Source of the DNA: Raillietiella orientalis
Taxonomy: Eukaryota
Assembly: GCA_036172245.1 (NCBI GenBank)
Contig: JAYWIR010000001.1
Location: forward strand, 8,928,001 to 8,992,000
Direction: 5' to 3'
DNA length: 64,000 nt
In this document: positions 34,331-48,100 of the stretch, one piece after another
Position numbering within the stretch: position 1 is the stretch's first letter
Layout: each line of letters starts with the position of its first letter
Program-made: the position numbers and the translations under genes
Notes under the pieces: model-generated
Seen by the model: the letters and a program-made list of their open reading frames with translations, nothing else
Databases searched by the model: none
What the model was told of the DNA's origin: nothing

Positions 34331-34977
34331 CGTCAGGATCGAACGTTTAGCTTTTTCAAACGACTTGGAAGGGAAGGGGGAGAGGGGAAGGGGAGGGGGG
34401 GGGGAGAAGAAATCCGTGAGCGCTGCTGCCGATAGCGCGAACGGTACACAGATCACAAGTAGCTGGCCAATCTTTTTTTTTTTTTTTTTTTTTTTTTTGG
34501 CTGTAGGTGAATCGGACCCGTGCAGGCAATGGAAAGCGCGCGCATGGATGACGGAAGGGACGCCGGACCTTCTCGACTTCTGCTGTTCCCATAACGCGAC
34601 GTGAAGGAGTGTCCTGGTGTGCGGCGAGCAGGAGGCTCTCTACCCCCACCACGCCCAGGCGCACACGCACACACTTTCCAGACGAGTACGGACCCCTTGT
34701 CGAGTCTTAATGGTCCCACAGCCTCCAATGAATAAGCGGGCGGAAATAAAATATATAGCATACTTTTTATTTCCGTAATATAAAACCAGATGACTCTCGT
34801 TGGGCTGGCGAGGGCATGCAATAGATATGACATTCACGGCCTCTCGGGACTAGAGCCGTTCGAGCAGGGCGCACAAAAAAATATACTTTCTGCTATAATG
34901 TATAAAATAGAATATGAATCTGAAGGATGCGGGAAAGCTGCATCACAAAGACGGCCAAAAAGTCACTGAGGCACGAA

Positions 34978-35892
34978 TTACAAAGACACCAGTTTGGGTG
35001 GAAAGGCATCAGGACTAGACAAATCGGGAACGGAACTGCGCTGCTGAGATGCACACGATTCCGCCAAGGTCGTAAGAGACGAACACGTTCCCAATCCCAT
35101 GGATATTCCGTTTGTTTCCATTAACGATTCCAATCCCGGGATACCACTGGTCGGAGTTCCCAGGGTGAACCCGGAAGGATCACAAAACGATAAGAATCCA
35201 GGCCGGACACGGTTGGATGCAGGCACCTCCGTTCTATTTCGTATCAGGACGCACGTGTGCCTTTCTAGCACGAATTTCAATTGTTCTCGCTGAGTTCGCA
35301 ATCTTTCGATTTCTTCTTGCAAATTCCTTTTTTTCTCCTGAAGGCGCTCCGTTTTCTAAAATCATCCCGATCGATGCCTGGAAACTATAAATATCTCTTC
35401 GTTCTTACTTCTTGCAGTAAGTTCGTGTGATCCATGCGACGCTTACGACAGCGAGCAGCTGCAAGTTTGTTTCGTTCTCTACGCAAACGTCGTCTTTCTT
35501 CCTCTTCGGGAGAGAGCTGGAAAACAATCTTGATTTCTTAATGCTGTTATCCGTGCTTTGCTTACCTTGGTATTCGAAGTAGGTCGTCTTCCACCTGCAT
35601 TTTTCCTGTCGCTGTTAGATGTTGTTCGAAACACATTTGGAACGAAGGTTGAACGTTCGTTGTGACGCCAAGACTTATTTTCCATAGCAGAAAAGGTTGT
35701 AATTTCACTTGAGGAATTGACGACAGGATGCACAACTGGAGGAACAAATCCAGCTTGGTGTGCAACAGGAGGAAGATTTCTATTCTCCATTAAGGATTCA
35801 GGTATGTTGCTCAATGTCGTGGGGGTCATAGTAGGAGTTGTCTGCGTAGCGACTCCGGGAGCTGAACTCAAAGCCTCGGCTCCAAAATATAT
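34978..35892 (-). CDS. kay: Fos-family bZIP transcription factor (kayak); exons 35892-35566, 35516-35409, 35355-34978
   Basis: [13 protein letters not shown]...HQAGFVPP; b[72 protein letters not shown]-terminus SQQR...DLSSPD..PPKLVSL; phase-0 GT-AG introns of 49 and 53 nt. Confidence 0.95.
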
Positions 35893-38800
35893 CTTTAAAA
35901 AAAGGGGGAAAGAAAGAACGGTGACCACTTGAAAAAGAAAAAATGATAGGAAAAACGAAAACGCGCGCGCGCGCGCCAGCGAACCGCTTGCTCGCACCAA
36001 ATCCCCTAAAAAACGAACCTCCCCTATAAACGAATGCGCTCCCACAAGACGAATCAATCGACTGGGATCTTTATTAGCATTTGACTGCCTTTATTACTAC
36101 TTGAACTCATTATCCCAAAGTAAGATGAACGATATTTTACAAGTGGACTGGGCAAGTGCATGCGGATGTATACGTCTATACAAACGAAAGCTCTTTACTC
36201 GCGCATACAAAGAAACATCCGAACTGCCACGCATGTGACGGCGTGCGCCTGCATTTGGATTTCTCAAATCCACTCCTGTTTCACCTGTTTTCTTTTTTTC
36301 TGGCCCCCTTTTCGAGATGATTAAGCGAACTGCAAATTCATTTTTCTCACAACAAAAAAGTCAGCTAAGAAAAGACTTAAAAAAAAAAAAAAAAAAATCC
36401 CAAAAGAGCGAATTGATGTGTCCAATCGAAAAAAAAAAAAGAAACAAAAACACACACACACACTCAGGAGCGCTTATTCTTAAACAAGCTCTGATACATC
36501 TTGGTTGCCAACAACAAATGTTTACGAAACAAAACATAAACAGACACGTTTACTGCTTGAAACGAGAACATTTTTTCATGTCATCTGCATTTGTGGTTGT
36601 GAACAGATGGCACTTCATACAACTCCGCACTTCAATTTATAGCTTTCGAAAGAGAAACACACCTTGCAACTTCTTCACTCTCCTCACTTACAAAAGTGCG
36701 TTTCCAAAACATTTCGCGAATGGCTGCATCCGACTTCTGTGCTTCTGCAACAGCGCAAGGAACAACAAATTCGTCTGAATTAGCAGCAACCTGTTGCCAT
36801 GATGATGCATGATTCGGAGGAAAACAAAACCTGTCAGTTCGGGGACAAGAGGAACTTTACTGAAACAGGGAAAAGCCTCTTAGAACGGAACCGTGGTATC
36901 ACGTGGTGTCAAAGAAGAAGAAGAAGAAGAAAAAAAAAATAACCACCACCCCTGACTAACTAAGACTCTGTGAAGGTTGCTGAGAACCCATGCGAGCTGC
37001 ACACGGGATAACTACGTCGGCCTCGGTCGAAACGACGCCGCTCGGGGTGGTCGACAAGGCGACAAGGAACTTTTCGATAAGTGCTGCGAGATCCAGCTCA
37101 ATTTATGAACGCTGACCGTCACCCCGGGCCACTTGACGCAGGTCTTTCAGATTGCGACAAGGAACAGATGATGATGTGACCGCAAATCGGAAACTGGGGA
37201 TACCACGGCACCGAACCGTGCCCCCCCCCCCCCCGGAAATTTCGCTGCTCGGAAACCTGCCCAGACGTTAGAGCTCCGTTCGCCCAGTTTCGTTTACTGG
37301 AACTGGTTTACAGTGTTACCGGGCATTCGTGAATTACGACCTGCAATGCACTAATCATCAATCTCTCAGACGTCTGAAGCTCCTATTCAAATAAGGAAAA
37401 ATGCTCCTATCATGTAAACAACTCGAGGACCAAAACTCGAACCTTGTGCAAAAGTGTGCGAAAATAACTCGCACTTGTTTTATTTGCTCTTTCCCATTTG
37501 AGATGCCACGATAGTAGAGCGATGGTACGAAGTAGTAATGGAATGGGAAACTAAAATAAGAAACGATAAGGAGAGGGCACTTTTCATAATTTCGAAACTT
37601 GACTTGACTTGATTCTTCCTAGAAAGGCACGGGAGTGACTGGGTGTTCAGATGAGATAACAAATTCAACCGAAGGAATACGACACACTTTGGTAATAACA
37701 AGGCCCAAATCAATAACCCCAATAACAGTTCAAGATAACTGCAAAACCTCGTTATGAGAACCATGCTAGAGCACAGTTTTTTTTTTTTTTTTTTCCATGA
37801 CGTGGCATGCTAATTTACTTCATCTACAAGTTCTGTGTGAAGCTGAATCGCAGCCATGAACTCTAATGAATTACTGATGTTGCATGATTCATCAAAATGA
37901 CTTTTTTATTATAATTTCTAATAGCAGTTATCATTTAATTACATTGCAATGGGTGTTTGAAAGGGACTATATTGAGCGAGTTTCAACAGAAAAAAGCAGG
38001 GCAAAGAACTTATATATTTTAGCTTATATTCATTTATATCTCAGCAGAATCACATCAGAACATCCACTTGGTACCGACAAATCATTTTTTTCAAAATCAC
38101 TAAAACTGAATCTACCAATCGGAGCTGTACCAGGGCGAGAACGAACCGGGAACCATCCAGTCTCCGTCATTTAGGAGACCTCTAAAATGGAAAAGGAATG
38201 TCGTTAAGACAACTTTCGTGGCTAACTAGAATCAAGTTTTTCGAATTAAAAACCGTACGTTTCCGTGAATACCGCAGGTTTTCCGTACGGCACTGCCATC
38301 AGTTCTGACGTTGGACACGAACAGATTGACCGTAACCCGTTAACACGATAGGACGCAGTTCCGCGATAAGAAAACTCGAGGCGACCAGCAAGCCTCGAGC
38401 CGCGAGAGCTGGCACCAGGGATACCAGAATCCACCAACGACGGGCGGCATACGAATGCAAACTCTCGGTTCATTTCCAGTTATTTGTTAGGAAAACATAT
38501 TCCTACTACTCATTTCCTTCTGCTGTGAGAAAAGAAATGACTCAAACACCCATAATGAGAATTTCGCTTGAACAAACGTTTTCGTTCACAACTTATTGAG
38601 GGTAATGGAGAATTTCTGCCGCACAGAAATAATAATCACAAGAAAGTTATACGCCAACGAATGACAAGCATACTTCTGATTCGGTTCAGGATTAATGTAA
38701 TGCTCTAAACTAATTGGATTCTGATTAATTGATGGATTTTGTTCCAGGTAATACATCACTGTATTACTGTAGAGGAGGACCCAATAGTCCCACCATAAGC

Positions 38801-40879
38801 GGAGTTGATTAAAGGCATCACATAATAAGCGCATCATGAACTTCGAATTTTTTTTTTTTTTTTTAATTCGAAAAACCAGTTCACAAAAACTGAACTACGG
38901 AATAAGAGGGGGGAGGAAAGGGGGGGGGAGGAGAAAATTTTAGAAGGAAGCACGAATCATCTACATATTAATGATAATCAACATTTATTCTGATTGCTGT
39001 AGTAAGAAAACGATCAATCAATAAAACGATATTGTACGCAAAGAAGGAAACTGAGCAGCCAATCAAAGAACATTGTTAAACTCTGGCATCAAAGAAAAGT
39101 GAAACCAACATAATCAAAAACATCAACGATTTTATAAATTAAAAGAATAACTAATAATGCAAGTTGCAAGAATATAAAAAGACTACAAGATTTGCTTGGT
39201 TGCATAAAAATCGCCAACAGCTCTGGGATGCTGCAGTCTCATGCAGCATCACTACCAACAGCAGTGGTACTGAATAACCAAATAAATAATGAAATCAACT
39301 AAAGCACTTCAATTTCTAGAACTGAGAAATGAACTCTGTTTCCAGGTTTCAGTGAAAAAAAGACTGCCAAATAATTTTCAAACCTTACTATTCACTTTCA
39401 TTTGTCATTAACTATCCCTCATGTATGTAAACAAACAGTATGCAGACTACATTAAAACAGGAATTATTGATTATGTATATTTGTTTTTTATTCTTTTTAA
39501 GCATGAACATTTTTTTTTTCTTCTCTCTCTTGAAGGTTACTATGGTATATGTTTGATAAATGCAACCTTACTCTAACCATTTTTCTTTTTCAAGAGCACT
39601 GGAAAATCCATTAGAAAAGTGGGAAATCCAAAACAGGCTACCAACATGCATGGACTGCAAATATGAACTAACAATACATTAACTTGATAACACATAGTAT
39701 GGCATACAAAGTATTTATTAATAAAGGCAACATATGTAAAGTAAAGAAGGAAATGAAGAGCAACTTGCATCCTAACTCTAGAAGATGAACACCAAATAAT
39801 TATGATTTCTGATGGCAAAAGAATAATTTACTTAGAGCAATGAAATTTTCCATCTCAGATGAACTGAAAATCAACAGAGGTAATTGGAAAAACTTTCACA
39901 ATGTATGACTTGAAAAAATTAACCGGAAATAAAAGAATGCCAAAACTAATGTCTCAAAAAAAATGAAACAAAACAAAAAAAACTTCACAGCGTGTTGAGT
40001 AAGTTTAACAGTATGTTACATTTACTATTTGATTATTTCCCAAGAACACTTTTGGATGAAACGCACAGCAATCCCAAGGATAGTGAAAAAATAACCAGTG
40101 AACATTAAATACCTCTCATCTTGGATCCTTCTGCGCCCCTATATTTCCATGACACCAATTTCTTCCCACAGATCCCATTTCTTTAAAATTTTGGCGCATT
40201 AGCTGGGACCTTTCGGTAAGAATTTGAAAATCATGTCGAGCAAAACGACACCCATAAAACCTACTACTAAAAAGACAATTGCTCCAACATCCACGTTTCG
40301 TTAACCGGAGATGCGGAGAGGGGGGGGGATCAAAACGGACCAAAGAAAGTTTTCCAGAAACCGAGTTGCAATCAAAGATGAGGGCACTGAACACCAAATA
40401 TCGGTGCAGCAGAATGAGACCCGTGCTTGATCGGCATGTAAAACGCGATTGTGGTTCTTCGATGGCATGAATATCCTCCCTATTAAAATTTACATCACAT
40501 TAAAAGCTGACACAAACAAGGCTTCAAAAAAAATTTTTTTTTTGATGCGGTAATCCCGCGTAGGCAAACAAAGATTGCTGCTGCCTCTCACCCTTCGTTG
40601 ATGTGCGCAAACATTCCCCATTTTCGGTCGGCTTTCGAGGAAACACCAGGGAAGATGGAAGGAAGAGGGGGGGGGGGAGGAAGGATCCGAAAAAGAGGGA
40701 AGGGGGGAGGGCTAGAACGACGGCATCCCTGCCCCCCTTCTCCTGATGGCAATCGGAAGCGAACCGCGCACGCGCGTATTCGGGAGCGCGCGCGCGCGCG
40801 ACCGACCGACCGACCGACCGACCCATCCCGAGATGCAATCGCGTCGTCATCCGCCGGGGCAACAATCGGCTCCACGTAC

Positions 40880-41020
40880 CTCGCTGCTTCCGGTGCTGGG
40901 CAGGGACCGCACGGCAGAAAACTCATAACAATGCGTGCGCTCGACACTGTGAACCGCTTGGTTAGACGGGTAGAGGCTCTTGCAAAAGTCGCTGCTAGCG
41001 GTTACACTTCCCGACACCAT
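40880..41020 (-). CDS. kay: Candidate first coding exon of kayak (47 aa)
   Basis: ATG...MVSGSVTASS...STGSSE ending at a GAG|GTACGT phase-0 donor compatible with the acceptor at 35893; no homology evidence. Confidence 0.4.
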
Positions 41021-41303
41021 TCTAAATTACATGTTCCGTGGTTCTCGGAGTCCCCGTACGACACCTAACAAAATCAGGAATCATAATGATGCATTTTGCG
41101 ACTCGTGGAAGGCGGCATGAAGGCAAGCAATTTCGTTCCTTTCTCTCTCTCCCTCTCTCTCTCTCTCTTTTTATTAAATTCGAGTAGAAGAACACTGCAC
41201 AGATCATCCATAAAAACACAACTCCATGCGCCGCGCCCCCTCACATCACTCGCACATCCTCCGAGCTTCACAGGAGTTGAACAACTGCTAGCACCACAGT
41301 CGA

Positions 41304-41310
41304 TGACTCA
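41304..41310. promoter_or_regulatory. AP-1 site TGACTCA upstream of the candidate kayak exon 1
   Basis: Exact consensus; further copies at 38538-38544, 47059-47065 and 47728-47734. Confidence 0.35.
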
Positions 41311-43479
41311 CGAGTTACTCGACGCATGAGCGTAGCGCACTCGGTTGGCGAGAGTCCACTGGTGACTTCTCAATGAAAGCGCCGTGCCCCTTAATGTATC
41401 TCGTGCTCGATATTTATTATTTTCCGAAGTGGCCTCTTGGGCCTTCTCCTCCTGGCCTCCGACGCGCGCCGGCAGGAAGGAGCTGGGATCACTGGGACGC
41501 GTCCTTCTTTCACAGCACGGAAAGCTCTGTCGGAACTGCCGCTCGAGAAGCCACTGCGGGTTTATTTATTTTCCGTTTATGTAGTGCGAGCAGAAACGCG
41601 TCTCGGGAAGGGCACCCAGACTTCCGGAAAAACGAATTTCCATATCGTATGTAATCAATGCAATGCAAAGAGGCGCAGCAGTACAGTATTTGCATTTTCG
41701 GACGTAATTGCAGCCATTAATTAATTCATGATTACTGAGGCTGGATGGAAGGATCACCCAAAAAAAAATGAAATATATATATATATGTATACATATATAC
41801 CAGTGCAATAACGACCCATTCAGAGTAATGGTCTACACTTTGACCTTATATCGCCTGAACGTAATTATTTCTCTGCGTGGGCTAACGCATACAATTTATG
41901 TACCATGCGCTCATTAATAAAGCTTATAAATCCACATCTGGTAATCCACTCACTCCTAGCCTGAGAAGGTCGGAGAACAACTACTACTCGATGTGTCTCT
42001 TTGCAAGGGAGATTCGTCGTCGGTTGAGAAGCTGTTTTTCAGGGAATTTCGTTCCCTGAAAATTTTTCGATCCGATTTGTTTACCGCCGTCTTCAGGGGG
42101 GCTACTGGGACAAGCCGTCAGCCGGACGGTTGGATTTTCTCGCAAGCAGCTTGCTAGAGGTGAGCACGAAGACGCTCACTGATTCTGTAATGGCTGATCG
42201 GGAGAACTTGCCACGGAAACACCGTCGTGCACGAATCGAGACCGTGCACCACGGCTGATCGAAGGTGTGAAGACCACCGGAATCTTTTGGTGACGTTCCA
42301 GGGAGTTGGGCACACCAGGTGTGTTTTCAAAAACCTTTCCGGCTCGCCTAGCGCGGTGGTCTGAGCTCCTGGCACCACCGACCGGGAAAGCATCTGCCAC
42401 GATCTGCGCGATCGGCGGAGCTTCGCTCTCGGAGGCAGCTGGTCACTCCGAGAGCTCCCTCCCTGTCGGAACGTGCTGTGCTCTCAATGAGCCTTCAACC
42501 CCAGCGGCCAGTGGGTGGTGGTGTTCCCGGCGAAATCGAGCTGGAACGGAAATTCCTTCCTTGGCCGTCGGGAGATCCTGATGGCAGGCAAGGAGGACTT
42601 TTGCGAAGCGAGCGTGCCTGTCCGCGCGTCGCTGGGCGGGTGGCTGAAGCGGCGACTCACGAACAGGTGACCGGACTGAAGTCTGGGCCCACGGAAGCCG
42701 ATGGGCCGAAGCTTTTCCTTCCGATCCATGCAGTGGGAAGACCCGGCATCGCTTGAACGATGCGCCGGGAATGCTAAAAAAACCGCGGTCTAATTTTGGT
42801 CTCTCCGTGGTGCTGGCGGGCTCTCTAAGGCTCCGTTCCTCAGCACGCTCGTAGGTTGAAGGAATTTCTGACATACTTCTGTGCGAGATGGTGCTTCGCG
42901 GGCGAATCTGCAAGAAACGTAGCGATCTGATTTGTGTGCGCACGCTCGCGTGTTTCCAAGACAACGGGAGAGGAGGATTCCTGCGCCCGTGAAAGCAGGT
43001 CGCTGAGGTCTCCGATTGGGACATCGGTGGTCCTACGGCGACTGGGAGATTCCCACCGCTCGTCTCCGGAGCGAGGACTTCGCTTCACGACCACCACAGG
43101 ATGCCGACCGTCGGACGCCTCGCTCGCGGGCGAGTCCAGTGCTGGGCAGCACCCGCACCAGATCCGCCCTGGCTCTCGACGAGGAAGCCTCACGGCAACA
43201 GCCACGTTCTTCTGCACTGGCGGCCCAGAGAGAGAGAGAGAGAGCTCGTTTCCTTTTTTCCCGCGTCCACAGAGGAGCGACCCAGTAGCAAGTTGGCGGT
43301 CGCGCGTGGGAAGAGCTCCGGAAGAGCCGAGGAGGTGCGGAGGCAGGAGGAAAGAAAAGGAAAAGCCGCCGCTCCCGGCCACAAGGAACGAGCTCGGGAG
43401 AGGAGAAACGTCCTGCTGCATGCACTGAATGCACTTCCCCGGAAGTTTTCGGCTGAGGAAGGGATGGGGGGGGGGGGGG

Positions 43480-45150
43480 GAATGTTCGACGCCAGGGAGA
43501 GGTTTCCACTCTAGAACCCTGCGACGCGCTGTCAGGGCGGGGAAGGCCCCTTGGGGGACACGCCGCCGTCCGCTGCTGGCCCAGAAGAGAGTCCAGATGA
43601 GGGAACAGAGGCTCACGCGTGCCGAGGTGCTCCAGGTTTCCCGCCCCGCGGAAAGGGGGAAGGGAGGACCTCCCTGAGGAGACCCAGAGGAGGTCGACGC
43701 CTTCAGGGCTGACCCTTCCGTCCTCCTGCCACAGCGCCCGTCTTCTCCGGGCACAAGCAGGAGACCAAGACAGAAACATCCCTCTCCCCGTTGCTCCCGA
43801 TATGGTCGCGCGCGGGGGATCCCTGCTCCCTCCCGGGAGCTCCGACCTTCGCTCCGAAAGATGGCGGAGTCCTCGTCTCCCGGACGGTCGCTCCCGCGCC
43901 CTCTCGGCGCACAAGGGCGTCCCTCCCCTTTGCGTTACGGCGCGGATGACCGCCGAACTCCGCGCCTCCTCCCCCTCTGCCGTTTCCAGGAAACACATCT
44001 CCGAGCCGGCTCTCGGCGCGGGAAAGGACAGGGGCGGACGTCCTGGCGCGCCCTCCGAAATTCCCACGCACTCTCGCGGTTCGCGTGCTTCCCCTCCTCG
44101 CGGGTGCGGATCCTGGTCGCCCGGATCGGTCGCCGGCGCTTGCGCACCCGTCGGGATCGGTCGGTTCGGCTGCTGGGATCACAGGGCGTTCTCCCCCCCT
44201 CCTCCTCCTCCTTTCCTCCGTTCTGGTCCCAGCCCAGCGAGGGTCAAGCTGATCCTTCCGCCCACGTGACTCCTCTCCACCCCTTTTTTGGGAGGAGTGG
44301 CTCTGCGGGGAGCCCCACTGGCCTCCGGCTGGCCGTCTTGTCCCTTTCTCCCTTCCCCCCTCTTTCGCAGCTTCTCCATGTCACTCTCCTTGACCGCAGC
44401 AAACTTCCCGCAAAGGTCGACAGTTCCCTGTGGTCGCTATCCCCGGCCCACCCGTTCGAAGGGGCGAGCCGCGAAGACGGCAGCAGCCGGAAGATGCCCG
44501 ACGCCTCCGACTGACCGTTCCGAGCTGAGGAAGGGGTGGGGATGGGAGTGGGATCTCCATGGAAACGAACAGCGCCACGCCGCGGTCCCGGGAGAGGCCC
44601 GGAGGAACTCTCCATTTTTTCCCCTCGTGGTCCTCTGGGCCCAGGACGAGACCCGCTGCCCGTTGTCCCGTTTTCCTCGGTCATCGCGTCCACAAAACCC
44701 TCGTTCGAGTGGGGCCGACAGGTCCCTAGCCCTCGGCGCGGGGAAGGTGGAGGGGGTGGTTCCGACAGGAATCCGGCCCAGGGGAGTCCCCGCTAGCCCC
44801 GGGTGCTTCTGTGACCCTCTGCCGGGACCTCCCTCCTATAACAATGGGGATCGGAGGGCGGTGGATTCTCCTTCCCCTCTCCCGTGGGAGAGCGCAGTGT
44901 CCGTCCCTCTGGGGAACTGCCGGTTCAGAGGCAGGGGTGCCAGACGACCTCCAGGGGCGGACTGCGGGTCGACCCGCCTCTTCAGTGCCCCTCGCAGCCT
45001 GCCGCAGGGATCCCCTGCCCTTTGGACCGGGTGGTTCCCCAGAGGGAGGAGCCGGGGTCCACCCCCTCTCTTGTGCGAAGTCCCCGTACCCTCGGGATGG
45101 GACCCGCTGTCCCCTCCCTGCACTGCGGGCCCTCGCCTCTGTTAATCGGA
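43480..45150 (-). mobile_element. Eroded LINE ORF2 relic (APE endonuclease and start of RT)
   Basis: PIVIGG (~44848; cf. IIGGDFN), GFVDAM, SDHR (44438-44427), PGEDG (~43750), RVSLCSL (cf. RPISL), QGAFPA, in the expected order. Confidence 0.5.
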
Positions 45151-48100
45151 AGGGAGGCCATCCCTGTCCGAGGAGGGTCCTTCCTGATCCGTCCAGGGTG
45201 GGAGGGTTCCCCGGGCAGGGAGGAGGAAACCGCAGGCGTCGCAGTGGGCTAGGAGTACATCGGAGGGGATCGCGGGAGATTTGCCTCCCTTTCCGCCTGA
45301 GGAGCGGGCAGCGGTCTGCAGGATACGTCCGTCGACAGGGAGGAGAGCGAAAGGTCGCGAGACGGACTTCTCTGCAGCGCCTTTTGCGCTCCTCAGCAGT
45401 TCCTTGCGCGTCCGCCGCCAAGAGGAGGAGGAGCAGACTCGGAGGAGGGGGGGGGGTTGAAGCGCGCTTGCGCCGGGCGGATCCGCAACGCGCCGAGAGC
45501 GCATGCTGGGAAATCCCGGGTTCGCCTGTGACGGTGGTACGAAGAAGGGATTCTGGGCCCTCGTGGGGACGAAGGAGTGGCGGCGAACGAGCTCTTCCTC
45601 GCCGCGGTTCGAAGGCGATGAGGGATCCCTGGAATATCCGCCCCAGGGGGTGTTCTCCATAGCACCGTCAACCACGAGAGCGGAAGGTGGGGGGGGGAGG
45701 GGAACACCGACAGCTGCTAGGCGCTCCCGAAGATTTCGGTCCGGGAGTGTGCGCAGCTTCTGCGTCTGATAAACGGAGTGAGCAGAGCCCCCTTCCCGGA
45801 AACGGGCGTCGTTCCCGGAGGCGCGAAGCCGCAAATTTCTGCCTCCCGCGGTGACCCCGCATGCGCGGCGTCGGTTCCCGTAGGGCCGGAATCTCTGCGG
45901 AGGTGGTGGTGGTGGTGGTGCCGCCGGGGAGAGGGGGGGTGGGGTGAGTGTCGCCTGCGCGCTGTACCGTCTTCTGTACCGCTCGGGAGTCAGGAGGGGG
46001 GAATACGGGAAGGGAAGAGGGAAGAGCATGTCCTTGCGTCGACGCCGCCCGGTGCTGCAGCTTTCGCCCCGTCCGGTGCGCTTCGCACGCACGCAGCGCA
46101 CCTCACTATGCGTGCCACCGCCCCTTCCCGGAGCCGTGACGAGCTCGCACCAGCGCGAACGCCCCGCGCGCGCGTTCGCGGCGGAGGAAACTTCCGTCGG
46201 CTTCCGACCGACACGTCACGGCTTGCTGGAAACGCGGATTTCTCGCTTACGCAACGATTTCTCGGGAAAGAATTCGGCCCGCGCGCGATAAGCCGTGCGA
46301 GGGAGTAGCTGGAATTCACCGGCGACGCCTACGCGCACCGGTGCGGGAGAAACCGGAACTGTTCCTCTCGTTTCAGCTCGCAATCCGGATACCTCGGGAC
46401 ATCCTTCGGAAGCGGAGGCTGCGCGCGCGACGGTGCCGGGAAGAGGAGTCCCTTGAGCGAAGAGGAAACGAGCGATTCCCGGCAGCACCGCAGGAAGGAC
46501 ACAGGTGGAAGTGCGTGCGAAGGAGCACTGCCGGGGGTGACGCGAGAGGACCACTTTTGAAGCATCTCGCGCGAACCTCCTCCTTTTCTCCCTCCCCTTA
46601 CCCTTCCTCCTCCCTAGGCCAGGAACCGCCCTCGCCCACAGTGTGGGCTCCGCAAAAAACCTCGTGCCGTGCTGCAGCCGCGACGTGTTCCGTGCGCTTT
46701 CACGCGTTCCCTTCGCCGCGCCACAATGGGGCGGCCCTGAACGGGAAGAGGTGCACCTCTGAATGTTTCCTTCCGTGGAAAACCGGAAGCCCTCATTGTG
46801 TCTTCGATTATCCGGCTGTGCTTCCGACCGTTGTTGTTACAATTTAGTAATTGTGTGAATAATAAACAGAGAAAAGGGGAGGAGGACGAACCGAAATGAA
46901 AACGCCGCGCCCATTAAGTTTCCTTCCTTCCTGCGCTACCCATGCGCGCCGCGGCCGCCACGGGAGGGCTCTCGAAAGCTGAGCTTCTTTGTCTACGGCA
47001 GAACGGAACGGGTCTACCAATCGATAACGTAGGTTGGTCGCCGTTTAGTCAAAAAGGATGACTCACTCTTCCAGGGACGTGATTTATCTTTAATTATCAA
47101 TGGCAGCGCTCAAGCAGCCTTCGTGCCGTTCCAAACAGCTTCCATAGCTACGGCGAAAGACGCTCGCATTTCCAAGCAGCGAAAAGTACTTTTTTTGTTT
47201 TTTTTTATTCCCATGAAGAGATCTTATCTTTTATTTTTCATTTTTTTTTTTTTTTCGTTTTAGTAACATGATGTGTGGGCGACTCGAAAGGAGCGATCTC
47301 ATCAAAAAAAAAACACACACACACACGCACGCACGCGCGCGCGCAAACATGCAAAGGACGTTGCATTCTTTTTAATTTGTGAATGAACTTTAATTCTGCT
47401 CACTCAGCTCGTTTCCTTAATTTCTTTCGCTTGATTTTTCCTGGATTTATTGCTCTCCTAGTGTCTAAAGCAATAAATCCAGCAGCCAGCCATGTGCTGC
47501 ATTTAGCATTTTGTTTCCAAAGAGAACCGACGAGTAATGCACTGAACTGTCTAAATAAAATTTGATTATCGGCTCTACTTGAACAGACGAAATAAAAAGT
47601 CAACAGATGTACAGAGGAATTACTGCGCTGATACGATGATAAGAGCTTATTTAGCGTCAAATTGTTTGCTCCCGTTCCGCTGCTCTTTGATAACATTTAG
47701 AGAAAGCAGCGGAGGAGCCGCTGAGCATGACTCACAGTGCCTGGTCGACCCGAATGGCAGAAAGTACGGAAAGGTCGCGGCCGAGCAGCAGCCGAAGAAC
47801 GAACCGATCCCTTCCCCGAAAAATGCAACCGAAGGGGGAAGCGAAAGACGCTTGCTGACGACGTCGCGCGGGAACAGCATCCAGCGCTTCGGAGCCTCTT
47901 TTACGGTCCACCTAGTCTTCTTCGAAACTTCCGTGCGAGCCACGTGACATGGAATTCCGATATCACGTTTATGTAACGGCTTGCGGGAACTAAATAACAA
48001 GCAAATCGGCTTGCTTTGGGAACCCGTGAAGGACATTTGGCGTGTCCAAGCGCGTCGGGATAGACAGTCAAATACGTCATGTGCATCTCCAGTGCTGCTT

